From NCBI RefSeq assembly GCF_964194025.1, contig NC_134474.1, positions 18,910,001 through 18,974,000 of the forward strand: DNA of 64,000 nucleotides, written 5' to 3'. The translations under genes and the position numbers were made by a program. This document shows positions 21,336 to 33,900 of this stretch, in pieces (positions within the stretch are counted from its first letter, which is position 1; every line of letters starts with the position of its first letter). The notes under the pieces were generated by a model. The model saw only the letters and a list, made by a program, of their open reading frames with translations, had not been told where the DNA came from and did not search any database. Source of the DNA: Convolutriloba macropyga (Eukaryota).

Positions 21336-23700
21336 AACAAGGAGGATCGGTAATGTGCGTTCACACATAATGTTCCAACCCAATCTACTTTTCTGACTTA
21401 GTTGTCAACCAAATGAAGAGATGTTCAAAAATAGATGTTTGAGTTTAAAAAGATCGTTACACACCAAAAGTACTAAATAAATTACATGATGACATGCCGC
21501 ATTAAAGCGCTCAAGAGATCTGCCATTAATAAGACAGAGAAAAAACCAACAAAATAGGCCAAAACACTATTTTTTACGGCAAAAACTCAATATCTGAATA
21601 TAAAAGCTCCTAGTAACGAAGTCAAAATACAATCAGATAAAACCTTTACTACACGAATTTACTTTTTCTTAACTACAGAGCAGATGGGATTTGTCCTTAA
21701 TGAGACTAGGTATCAACTTATCAAAAAGAAGAAAAAATGAGGTGAAGTTCACAAACAATAGATATAAACAAGGAGGCTCGATAATGTGCAATCGGACATA
21801 AGGTTCCGACACCGCTCATTCACATTTTTGGCATAAATGTCTACCAAATGAGGAACAGATGGACAATCCCAAAAAATTTCAGGTATTTTTCAAAAAAAAT
21901 GTGTATGAACAAAAAGATCGCCTCCAACACAAGTAACCTAAGGGAGTAAAAATTGCTGCTTTAGATTGATTATATCAACCCTTAATGGGAAAGCAAGTCA
22001 AGACGAACAACAAAATCAATCAACAATAACAACAAACCTTAATTACATCCGAAACTTTATGTCCATTAAAAAAACGTATTGACTAGGTCAAAACAGCGTC
22101 GGTTAAGACTGAAACTAAACCGAAAACATGTTCTTGACTAGAAAAGATATGGGATCTTTCCATAAAAGGACTTGGTAACAATTCGGCAAAAAGGACAAAA
22201 AACAGCGAAGTTAAAAACAAATTGGCTGATATTTTTTAAAGCAATTAATTGAAAAGTAGTGAAAACCACCAGATAGCAATTGAAAACATTCAACATTTTT
22301 ATGATCACATACGCTTCTATAGGAGGGCATTGCGACCTGTGAATTTCCATTTTTTATGCGAATATAAAAAGAACAACAAATAGAGACAATAAACAAAAAA
22401 ATCATTTAAAACTTTCCTGAACGCCAATAATTTAATATAGGACCTCTCATTAATGAGAATAGGTAGCAAAAAGAGAGAAAGAGAGAAGAGCAAAATTCAG
22501 TAATACCTTTGGATTTTTCGAAAAGAATTATTTTCAAAGTCATGAAAGCCAATAGCTACTAAATGAAATAATTAAATAGGTTAGTTTATTCATTCAAAGG
22601 AAGCGTTTGAGACCTGTTATTATTCCGAATATGTGTTACGTCTACAAAAAAGAACGTCAAATATAGACAAAATCAAAAAATAATTTCTTTTCCGCAAAAA
22701 AATCGTGTCAAAGCCAGTAATTTCAAAGCCAGTAAAACGAATTCTTTGAAACAACAATAATTTTTGTGCACTTCAACCTTCCCTCGACAACAATAATATC
22801 CTTTGTGGCCTGGCGTTAACGCGACTAGGTAACAAATAGAAAAAAGAATAAAAATGTGAAGTTAAAAATTGTTTTCTTATTTTTGAAAACTTTTGCTTTC
22901 AAAGTCATGAAAGCCAACAGCTATCAAATCAGAAAAGCTCATTTATTTCTCCATATAAAGCCAATGAGACCTGCTATTAAACAGGAAATTTCATACGACT
23001 GAGAGACATAGTAAAAAAGACAGTAAAAGACAAATGTAAAAAAAATAAATTAATTTCTTCGAGAAATGGGCGTCGAAGCCGTTGAAACCATTATCCATGG
23101 CTTTCAAGTCTTTTATGTGTTCAAGTACGCCCTATTTTGAACGTCAATAATGCAAAATTTGAACTGTCAATAATGTGATAATGGGACAAAACGAGAAAAA
23201 ACGTGAAAAATTGGCCAATGTCTAAAAATAAAAAAAGAATTGTGAAATCTAGTAGTATCAAAGCCAGAAAACCAAAACTTTTCGCTTAAAACCACAAAAA
23301 AAATAATCCCATAGAAAGAAGAGGTAAAGAAACATCCTTTCTCTGCTGACGCTAAGCTACAAGTTGACCAAATTATGAGAAAAATAGTGGCAAAGTTTAA
23401 TAAGCCATGTTTTATTTAAAAATCGAATATTTTTAAAATCAACATGACCATAATATTTCGAGTAATGAAACTAGATACATTTATTTGGAACTGCTTAAGA
23501 AGCCATTGGGACCTCTCAACAGTGAGCTTTGATTTGAATTGTTCTGTTCTGTAATTAACATAAAAAGAGATCAATTTTGTTAAAAAAAGGGATCCGACTG
23601 ATTACAATACGAAATATTTTGGATTGTAACAGTCCAAGATTGGACAAAAACCAGCCCTGACCTCGCCGTTTGTCCATTAAGAACACTCATTGGTTTCGAG
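21336..23700. mobile_element. A-rich dispersed repeat, Helentron/HINE-like (family B)
   Basis: Head AACAAGGAG..CG.TAATGTGC....ACATAA.G at 21336 and 21767. The body is similar to 45349-46680, and the head recurs at ~61537. Confidence 0.5.
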
Positions 23701-25301
23701 TGTTTTGGATCTAGATGATCTATTAGTTAAAAGATTTTAAAAAATGCTGCGTTTTAATCTTAGAGTTATGTTATCAAAAACGGCAAAATTTTAATTCCAG
23801 ACTACTCTCTATTGAATTGGAAGTAGGACTAGCTCCCTTTGTAGTTAATCAAATTTTTTCTCTTTTTTTGGATGCGTTCTTACGGCAAACTCAATCAAAG
23901 TAGACTAGGGCAATTTTTGATGAAAAAGGCTGAATTTCGAAATATTTAGCCAAAATTGTAGCCTGAAAAATCAAATAAAAATAGTCAACAAAACTTTTTT
24001 GTGTCTTTAAAAGTAAAATCAACAGTTCTTTTGTTAACAAATTTTACATATTTTAGCAAAATTGCAAAATTAACAAAATTTTAGGCAAAAATTCCGGAAA
24101 ATGTGAATAAAAATAACGCAAATCGGTCTAATCACAAAAATTTAAACCACGATAACTAACTCTAGAGAAGGAAATTCAAATTAATCTTCGTAATTCCATA
24201 TTCTAGGGTGAAGGGGCTTTTTAATGATACCATTCACAATTGTCTACGATGAATATATCGATCGGTCAAAATTTTCTGAACAAAAGACCCAGTTGAGTAT
24301 ATAGTTCCCCCCCCCCCCCTCAAGAGGGGTCGTCGGAACAAAAATATATTTGCTGCCGAACTGTTTAAGAATTAATCGCCGCCATTGAATTTTTAATGCT
24401 GCCTTTTTCTGATTTATCCGGTTCAAGTAGTTTTGTTGAGTGTTATCTTTTAGCTAGCGGTTATAAAGTCTGAGTAAGTTTAATAACTTGTCGTAATCAA
24501 AGAACAAATTCGTTGGTTACTTATTTGTACAGCTTCATTTTTCGCGCTTGAACATACACAATTTAATGCTCACTTAAATTACACATATTTAAACTACGCC
24601 ATAAGATTTGACGTCTTTTACGCTGCCATTTATTAAGTTTTTTAGACTGATATATTTTAAGCAAATAGTTTATTTCTAGACGGACGAATTTTTCTTCAAA
24701 AGGTTAAATATTTATTTTGGAAATCTCAGAAATAATAAGCTTTTTTAATTCTGAACGGCTGTCGCCAAATTAGGAGAAAAAGTGCAAAAATTGGTGATAT
24801 AATGTGTAAGATCTTGTCATCGAAGAAGAATATATATGGCCGAAGTTTTGCAATATTGTCGAGGACGGTCATTTGCTATTTATTCTGGGACGAATTGTTC
24901 TGTTGACATTGGTGAACATTCCTTATTTGAAGTTTATATAATACTGATGTTCAAATTGCCGGTCATTTTTACAGTAGTGTTTTTTATGTTCAGATCCGTT
25001 TTTATTGAAGATTAAGTTTCATAGAGAAAATTGAACTTCGGTGGATTTTTAACAAGAGACATCAACTATTGCTGATAAAATTTGCTGATTGGATTACTGC
25101 GATAAATCAATTCAAGTTATATTTTTTAAGTTTCCTGCAACAAATGTCATATAATTCACTGTGAGCGCTTGGTGTTTCGTCTTGAACTAAAGTTGAAAAT
25201 ATCGGAGACGTGTCCTAAATTAAAATACTTTGCATCTGATTTGATTAAAAATTTTTGAACAGTGAACTATTCTGAAAGCTCATTGGGCATATTTTAGTAA
25301 C

Positions 25302-25651
25302 GGTGTCAGGACAAAATACCCAATGCCAAAATACCCAATGTGACAAAATACCCAAAATATACCCAATATTTTATTCTAACGTTGAAACTATCAGAACGAT
25401 TATTTAGCATAATATTTAGTTAGTGCGTTTGGCCATGCCTCGCGGGCCATGGCCATGCCTCAGTGGCCCGTGGGACTTGATATGAAACTATCACAACCGA
25501 CTTAATTGCGAGAAAACATGCTTGTAAATTTGAGTGCTAATTTGTAATCGGATTATTGAACGAAAAGATTAAAGGGAATAAATTGGGTATAATGGCATTG
25601 GGCATTTTGGCACATTGGGTATTTTGGCATTGGGTATTTTGTCATGTAACC
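25302..25651. mobile_element. Mutator/MULE-like MITE with repetitive TIRs
   Basis: GG..CC termini, TIRs built from CAAAATACCCAATG repeats, and a 9-bp TSD TTTAGTAAC (25293-25301 and 25652-25660). Confidence 0.85.
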
Positions 25652-26268
25652 TTTAGTAACGTGGTATGTAAGAACTCATATTTTGTAAAGGGGGGTAGTT
25701 AAAAGAAGAAGAAGAAGAAGAATTTATTTCTCTGATACAAAATAATAATACTAGCAACACAAAGTCTAATATATATTTAGCACAGAGGGGACAGCAGACG
25801 GAACCAATTAGTTCACTTGAAGCTGCCCTAATCCAAAAACATTGTATTACAGAAAATGAATAATTATCAACTAAGTCCATTTAAGTATCCCAATCTCACC
25901 AATGCAAGTAAAAAAAAACGAAAAATTAAAAAAAAGAGTAACTTAAAAAAATTGAAATTGTTTTGCATTTTAGCTACCTGACTGATGTAGAGCATACTGA
26001 GAGGCTTTGAAGTGATGCATGATTTGTTTGAGGGAAGGGGTACGTTACATTGATCAAGCTTAGGTTCTGACACCCAAGTGTCAAGATTCCAAAACCCAAG
26101 ATCTATGTAACGTTGACAGACTTCCTCCCCCTGCAACGAACAACCCACGCCACTTTTGTGGCCAGGAATTCTTAGAAGTTCGTTAAGAGGAAGTCTGACT
26201 GCTCTATTCACTATACTATACTTTAACTATCCAAACACAAAGTCAGTTAAGTCTATATTGCCTAGATC

Positions 26269-29104
26269 TTATAGATCCCTTATACTATGAACAATTTTGG
26301 AAAAAAATGCATTATCTATCTCAAGAGGTGTTTCAAGAACACCGTTTTCAATCAGCAAGTTGAACAATTTAGCTCCTCTAAAGGCTAACGAACATTTTTT
26401 AAACCTGTTTGACTTGGAAGGCAATTTTAGAAGATTTTGTTGAGCACTGCGCGTTAAACGGGGGTTTTCTTTATATTGAAACAGGTTATTCATATATTCC
26501 TCCGAATGCAATTTTCCAGCAGAACGAAGAACACATTTCAGAAGCTCATATATGTACAGTTCATAGACCGAAAGAATTTTATTCTGGACAAAAAGATTAC
26601 CAACATGCTCGTCTTTTTTCATGAAATAGATTGTACGCAATATTTTCTTTTGAAGAATATGAATAGGCTTTAATGCATTCAGCGATGTACATCCATAAAC
26701 TAAAATTCCATACTGAATTATGGGTTTAACGTTTGTATCATAAAACCTCAGCAAGAAAACTCTAGGAACTAAGTGCCTTAGCTTGCACAAAATTCCACAC
26801 TGAACACTAAGTTTTTTACAAACTGTTTCGATATGGTAATTGTACTTAAGTTGATTGTCCAAAACAATTCCTAAGTACTTGCAGTGCGATTGGGAAACTT
26901 GAAACGATCCAGCTATGTTTAGATAACTAGAATCTGGAGTCACATTATTGAAATTAACATGCACCGTTTTCTCTAAATTCAGTGTTAATTTGTTATTTAA
27001 CAGCCAAGTGTTTACACTAGCTAGATCCACTTCCAGCTCATTTCTGGAGCAGTTAATGCCCGCAATGTTAGTATCGTCAGCAAACAGAAACACGTCACTG
27101 CTATTACATGCCTTAGGGAGGTCGTTTATATAAATGATGAACAACAAAGGGCCTAGAATTGAACCTTGAGGAACGCCGTATTTTATATCAGACAGCTTAG
27201 ATCTTACACCATTTACTTCAACACACTGTTTACGATTGCTTAGAAAACTTTTCATCCAATTTTTACAAGGACCCACTAAGCCATAAAGATCAAACTTTCT
27301 GAGTAAGATTTTATGGTCAATTGTATCAAAAGCTTTCTTTAGATCAATGAAGACAGTTGCCGTTGTTTTTCTATCATTATGTTCTCTTACTTTTTCCGTA
27401 AATTCAGCTATGGCGTCAATAGTACAATGCTTGCGCCTAAAACCAAACTGTTTCTTGTGTAAGAGATTGTTGCTTTCAAGATAATTATGGATCCTGGAGT
27501 AAGCTATTTTTTCAAAGATTTTGCCCCAACATATTAAAAGAGAGATGGGCCTGTATTCATTTCAGCAAGCTTTATTTCCTGATTTGAAAAGGGGAAAAAC
27601 TTTTGCGATGGACAAGGCCGTAGGGAAAATACCCTGATGGAAGGACATATTAACTAGTTTTGATAGATAGGGAGCCACTACGTCTTTACAAGCCTTTATT
27701 ACTTTGGAACATACGTCGTTTAAACCACAAGAAGTTTTATTTGATAGGTTATCAATGACATCAGATATCTCCTTTACATTGGTATCATAGAACCAGATTG
27801 AAAAATTAGTGTGCTGACTGAAAGCATTCCTATTTAAGGGAATTTGAACACATGAATTGACGAGTTTTTCTCCAACAGAAGAGAAAAAAGAGTTCATTTC
27901 TTGCGCTATATCAAATGGTTTTGTTAATTGTCCGAACTCTGTTTCCAACATAGGTATTTGATCTGACTTTTCATTTTTGCCCTGAAGATCATTTAATATT
28001 TTGAAAACTTTCCTCGAGTCACCCAGACATTTTTAAAATTTCTTAAAATAGTAATTACGCTTGCATCTTTTGCTCTCTTTTTCAACTCCGTATCTCAAAA
28101 AGAGATAATTTCATTCGCAAACTGGCGTTATTCCGATCTTTGGACCATTGGTCATGTGCTTTATTTCTTTTGTTGATCAAATTTTTTAGATTGTTAGTTA
28201 ACCATTTAGGTTTCAGATTTGATTTATGACAATAAACTTTCATAGGAGCATAATGATCAAAAACCAGCTGAAAACAATGTTGGAAGGAATTGAAGCATTT
28301 ATTCATTTCACCCTTTAATTCAATTTTTTGCAACTGATGACTCAATGTAAAACAAAACATCTGACTTCACTTGAGATTTTATAAACGAGATATCTCGAAA
28401 ATTTAACTCTGGTTTAAAATTGCTATGTTTGGCAACAATTTCAAGGGAAATTGGATAGTGATCTGAGAAACTTTTTTCATCTTTGTGAGTTTTAATCTTG
28501 CCTTCCACATTTTTTGTTATAAAATGGTCGATACAGGAATCCGTAGAAGTTGAAATTCTTGTCGGATTGCTATTTAGCAGCTCGAAGCCATTACTATTAA
28601 TAATATCAAAATAGGCTGCTGTTAGATCATTTTTCTTCAAAATGTTGATATTGAAATCACCACAAATGATAACGCTAGAGTCTTTTTTACTTAAACATTG
28701 TAAGGTTTCTTCAAGGCGTGCGAGAAACTCCATTTTGTTATTTCTCGGAGGATTGTAAACAACCAATATGAAGTAGTATTTTTATTTGCTTCTACTTTAA
28801 TCAGAAGGCTTTCATCTAAGTTGCACTGTTCCTCAGCGACTAATTTTACTGCTTCTCGGCATTGAATCATTACACCTCCTCCACGGTAGGGTCTTGTTTT
28901 AGAAACGAGCGTTTTATAGCCTGATAACTTGAAGCAATACGGTGTCATATTATCTTTAAGCCAGGTTTCTGTTAGACAAAGAATATCAGGGGGTGACTCG
29001 AGGTAGCCTAGTTGTGACTCCAGTTCATCATAATGTTTTACTAATGATCTTGTATTAAGATGAAAAATTATTAAAGAAAGTTGATCAGTTTTTGTTTTCG
29101 GCAA
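26269..29104 (-). pseudogene. LINE ORF2 (AP endonuclease + reverse transcriptase), disrupted
   Basis: HLNTRSL, LTETWL, GDFNIN, CIDHF, SDHYPI; YRPISLL, QFGFR, DLKKAFDTIDH, GVPQGSILGP, FADDT. Split over at least 5 ORF fragments by frameshifts and stops (e.g. in-frame TGA at ~27562). Confidence 0.92.
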
Positions 29105-29155
29105 CTTTTTATTTAATTGCTAAAACGATCGATTATCAAAGCAGAATTGTACATC

Positions 29156-30073
29156 CTATAATTCGTATCTCAGCTCAATACCTCCTTCATACAGTTGACG
29201 AACACAATGTACTTTATTATTGTCCTTCCATTTGTAGAACAAATTTCCCTCTCTTGTCCATGTCGATTCTATTCTTGTGTCGCTTTTCATCAAATTGTGG
29301 AACCTTAGTCTGGCTCTTGTTAAGTCTTCAACAATCGAAACGTTCATGGTTGTGTCATTTTCTCTCAGCTTTCTCTTGTTTCTTAAAATTTCAACTTTGC
29401 TTACTCTTCTGGTGAAACGAACGATAATGGGTCTTTCGTTCTTATTGGATGGAAGACGATGAGCAATCGAGATGTCTTTTTTATCCAATGCTACTCCAAT
29501 ATCGGATGCCAGCTCCACTACGTTGCTTACTGTTCTATCGCTAGACTCCCAAATCGTGCGATTATTTGCATCAGTTGTTATGCGCTCAGACATTCCCATT
29601 ATTCGCAAATTGTCTCGCCTATTGTAGTTCTCCAGCATTTCTGTTTCTGATAACATCTTCAATGTCAGCTCATCTTTTTGATACCTCATTTGTTCTCGAA
29701 TGGAATCTGTTGCTGAATAAATTTCTGATTTTACTTCATTTAAAATTTCCTCCTTTGTGCCATTTAAAACTTTTTCAATCATTTCTTCGATAGCCTGCTT
29801 TACTGAACACTTCACCTCATCAATAATTTTGGGAATAATTTTTGCTACTGCTTCGTCAATGAAACTTAATACGTCCAGATCACCGTTTTCGTTTAATGGG
29901 CTCAATTCACTTCTAGTTCTCTTCTTTTCGGATTTACCGACTGGTGTTTGCAGCGGTGATAGATCATGGAATCTAAGTTGAGGCATATTCACGTCTACTG
30001 AGTCATCTAAACGCTCTTTTTGAAAGTTTTCATGTTTTTTGGCAGGGTTATTTAGCATGCCTCGCGGGCTCAT
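29156..30073 (-). CDS. LINE ORF1 protein (coiled coil + RRM-like)
   Basis: LENYNRRDNLRIMG, DISIAHRL, PIIVRF, IVEDLT and WTREG motifs typical of L1/CR1-type ORF1p; lies just upstream of ORF2. Confidence 0.85.
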   Translation of the reverse strand: MSPRGMLNNPAKKHENFQKERLDDSVDVNMPQLRFHDLSPLQTPVGKSEKKRTRSELSPLNENGDLDVLSFIDEAVAKIIPKIIDEVKCSVKQAIEEMIEKVLNGTKEEILNEVKSEIYSATDSIREQMRYQKDELTLKMLSETEMLENYNRRDNLRIMGMSERITTDANNRTIWESSDRTVSNVVELASDIGVALDKKDISIAHRLPSNKNERPIIVRFTRRVSKVEILRNKRKLRENDTTMNVSIVEDLTRARLRFHNLMKSDTRIESTWTREGNLFYKWKDNNKVHCVRQLYEGGIELRYEL

Positions 30074-30906
30074 CTCTATTTAATAAGTTTATCACAACAT
30101 TTAGGCTAAACACTGGGTTGCATAAAAACACTGGGTTCCAGAACACAATAGATCCCATTTTTGATTGTTAATAAAGAATCGAGGTCCCCTTTAGATTTGG
30201 ACTCAATTGGCTGCTGCAGCGCACCCCCTTTTTGGGCTGTGGTTTCAACCTCGACAGTACCCATGGAAACAGGGAGAAAGGAAATAGAATTGGTTCCGAA
30301 GTTTTCCTGTTTCGAAAAAGTTTTGCTCTCCATTAAGTTTTGCGCATGCTGCCAACGTTTAGCAATGGTAACACTGAAGTAGTGTGGAACCAATAGTGTT
30401 GCATATCCTCTTCTATTTAGATATCTATTCTATTAATCGAAGAAATTTTGCTTGAATAAGTAAATTTTTTCCGTATTATTCTACTTGTTTGAGCGATAAT
30501 TGCTAACAGAATATCGCAAGTACAGTCTTTTTTCTTACAGTATTTTATGATTGTTGTCAAAACTGAAGGAACGCTGATCTTGATGCTTAAATTGTTATGT
30601 AATATTAATGTCCGCTGCATGAAGTGGAAATGCGTACAGATAGTGAAGAGAAATTAATAGCTTTTTAATATAGCTTTTTAGATATGTCGCAAGAGAATGT
30701 GTGTAAAAGGCGCGCGCTCGGTGTCCGAATTTTAAACTAGGCTACAACTTAACATCTGCTGTTCTAGATTTAGCATGTCTGTTGGTCAAATATTATCGGC
30801 AAATACTTATGCAAGCTCTTCTTAATTACGGCTTCTATTCCAACTAATTCTCGTACATTCCTAATTTACATTCTTTTCTTCGTGGATCAAATTTTATCGC
30901 ACAACA

Positions 30907-30982
30907 ATGTCTACAGTAATTGAGCCGTGGAAATTAATGTCGTTATTGTTAATTATGGCGCTGACGTGGACCACTTTGGAAG
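30907..30982 (+). CDS. Receptor exon 1: signal peptide
   Basis: MSTVIEPWKLMSLLLIMALTWTTLE-G with donor AAG|GTTAGT, phase 1. Confidence 0.7.
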
Positions 30983-33900
30983 GTTAGTAGGCACATTCTA
31001 GTCGCATCAGACTTTCAATCCATATAAACATTGACGGTGATGTTAATCCACCCACACTGAACGTTAAAGTCTCCCTCAGTTCTGTTTGAGGGAATTTGAA
31101 GTGATTTTATTATATCAACATTTAAATGATCACGTCAATTTTTAGGCTTCACACGTCTTTAATAAAGTCTAAAGATTTGGAAATTCGAAGATTTGGAACA
31201 AAACGTAATCAGCACTGATTTGTTAATCCAAGACGTGCATTTCATTGGAGAAGTACTGGTTGAGACTTGAAACCTGTTCTAAACTGTATTATTTACGTAA
31301 CTCAAGGAGAATCAGTAGTTTGTGCTCTCGCCTAATGTTCCAACCGGTAAAACAGAAGAAATGGAAGTTTAAATTTAAAATATGTTCATCGCAGATCTTT
31401 TATTTATTATGTATTCGAAGCAAAATTTAGCTAGGTTTTTGTAAAATGTGACCATGACAGGTGACCAGGTTTTTTCTGGAACAAAAACTTTGTTGATCGA
31501 TTCACAATCACCATTAGAGATTTAAAACATTGTTTCATATTTTAGCAAATAATTTTGCGCTATTTAGCAGATAGTTTCTAGCAAATATAACAAATAATAT
31601 AATTTGTTTTCAACCGAGAGTTGTAGACGAAAATAAGGGTTGAGACATGATTGAAAATCAACTTTCTCTAATTAAATACCGGCGAGAAGTGAACAGAAAA
31701 TTTGGAAACATTTTCTATCAAAAAAGACCCGATGTAAGGTTCTAAAATCTAACGATTCAAAATGTTTTCATCCCTGCGACTCGAGCTTCAAATTATATCT
31801 AACAAGAAAGGTAATATAAAGTGTTAGACAGTCCAAAAACGCGCGACCAGGGATTCAAGAAAGTTTCGCTGCTTGCAGTATAACAAATTCGCGCAGTTTA
31901 ATAATAGCGTTTTTATTGGTTATTTATTACTACAGAAATTACTGAAAGTAGTTATAGAACAAGTAAATAATTGAAAAGAAAAGCTGCCAGAAAAGTTTAT
32001 GAAAACGGCCCACTGCTTTGTCGCATTTTCAATTCTTATCCATTTTTTACACCTTCTTTATAATGCAAAAATATCAGTTGTGGTCGTTTATTATCAAGTA
32101 AAATTAATTGATAAGAGAGAAACATATGATAAACAACTGCACATACCAGAATTTGGAATGCCAGAATTGTGGAATGCCAGAGTTCTAGCGACGTGCCAGA
32201 GTTGAATACCTTTAAAGAACTGAATAATTTAGGCCTCAATTGGACCATAGTTCTTGATTTTTTACAAAGTTTTTTCTCATTTTTTTAGCACAAGTGACGT
32301 AAATTTTGTTCGAAAACTCTGCTGAACTTAGCAAAGAGGGAAGAGTTGTCAAAGAGCAAATCTGTTTTTGGTCTTTGACGAAAGTTGTTGAAACTAAATT
32401 TGTTTTTACAAAAATTAGAAGGCTCACTGTCTGTGCCTCAATTAAACAACAAGCAGATCTAATTGTTGGTACTAGGCTTGCTGTTCAAAGCATGATAATG
32501 GCTAAAAACAAAAAAAAATCAGTAAAATTGTATATTTTTAAAATTGTGGCATTTTATGTTTAACTAAAAGTAGTAGGTTCGGAAATATATTCCTTCCGAA
32601 GTATTTTTTTTCCTAGATCGAATTGAGTTGTTGAAAGTGAAGCCTGTAATCTTAATTGAAGTTATATTGAAACAGATCTTGTTTACAACGATCTGATGAT
32701 TGGAAATGGCTCGCAAATGAATTTGAAACTGATATTGTCAGAAAACTTTTTCACATCGGTTGAATGAACCCATCCTCTTTTGATTATCACAGTTTGCAAA
32801 AAAATGTTGTTTCATTCAAATATTTGTTCAAATTCTGTTAGATTTTTGCTGCCACGGAAGAAGTATTGAATTGATTTATCGACAGATTTTCCTTTTCGTG
32901 AAATCCGTTTTTGAGAAACAAATCAACTGCAAAATTTGGGTATGCCTATTATAATATCAATTAATTATGTATAGTTTTCTTATTTACCCGGAGTATAATT
33001 GTATTTATCGGTATTTGTATATTTAGCCTTGAGCGATATTAATAGCCGCGAAGCGTTAGCTGAGGCTATTATTGGCCTTCTCTTGGTTTTTTTTTGCGAC
33101 TCGAAGAGGAGTATTGGTTTTTACGACTCGAAGAGGAGTATTGGTTTTCTTAAGGTTTTTTTTTACCGGAAGTACTATTCGTTCAGACAATGTTTTGACC
33201 TAAAAGTGAAAGCGAGTAAAATTGCAGTGTGAACTAATTTTTTCCGAGCGAGAGAAGTTTTTTGATCATGCGCTGCGTTTAGTGAATGACTTTTTGACTT
33301 TGAAAAGTAGTTTTTGACTGAATGGCACATATAGATAACCGTTTTAGCCGTTTTTTCGTCTAAGTGGCCTAGTTTTTTTGCTTGTAATTTGGTTTTTTGT
33401 AGAAATAATTTTAAATCGATGCTATGTTGAAATGTAAACTCCGGAAATTGATAGCACAGTTTTTTGCATAGCCTGAAATTGCGTTTCAAATGCGAAATGG
33501 GCACATATTTCCTGATTTTTTAGTTAATTTTTGGTTTTTTTTTCTATTAATTTCGTCATTTTTGGATCTTTTAGCTGTTTTTTTGTCAAAAATTAGTTAA
33601 TTTGGCAACTTCACTTTGATAATTCATATGATAACTCAATGCCTCTTTCTACCTCGATGTAATTTTGTTTCATAAAATTGTACATTTGCTAATCCACTTT
33701 TCGTAGTTTTTTGCCAATTCTTTTCAGTTCTTTGTTTGTATTTTGCTTTTAATTACTAGAACTAATATTTTAGGGAACATTAGGGACTTTAATTTTGTTT
33801 CAATAAAAATTCAATCATTTTTTGGTGTTAAATTTTTGAAAAAACAGATAATTTTTTTTTCATAAATGCAGTCTTAAATATTTTTGGACTACTTTTTTGC

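Larger units (their letters stand above)
25703..30400 (-). mobile_element. Near full-length, inactivated CR1-group non-LTR retrotransposon
   Basis: ORF1 followed by a broken APE-RT ORF2. The 3' end has AATAAA then a (TTC)6 tail at 25703-25728. The 5' boundary is approximate. Confidence 0.9.

Noticed and set aside
31999-32205. ORF MKTAHCFVAF... as the receptor signal-peptide exon
   Set aside because: No suitable phase-1 donor; 30907-30982 fits much better.
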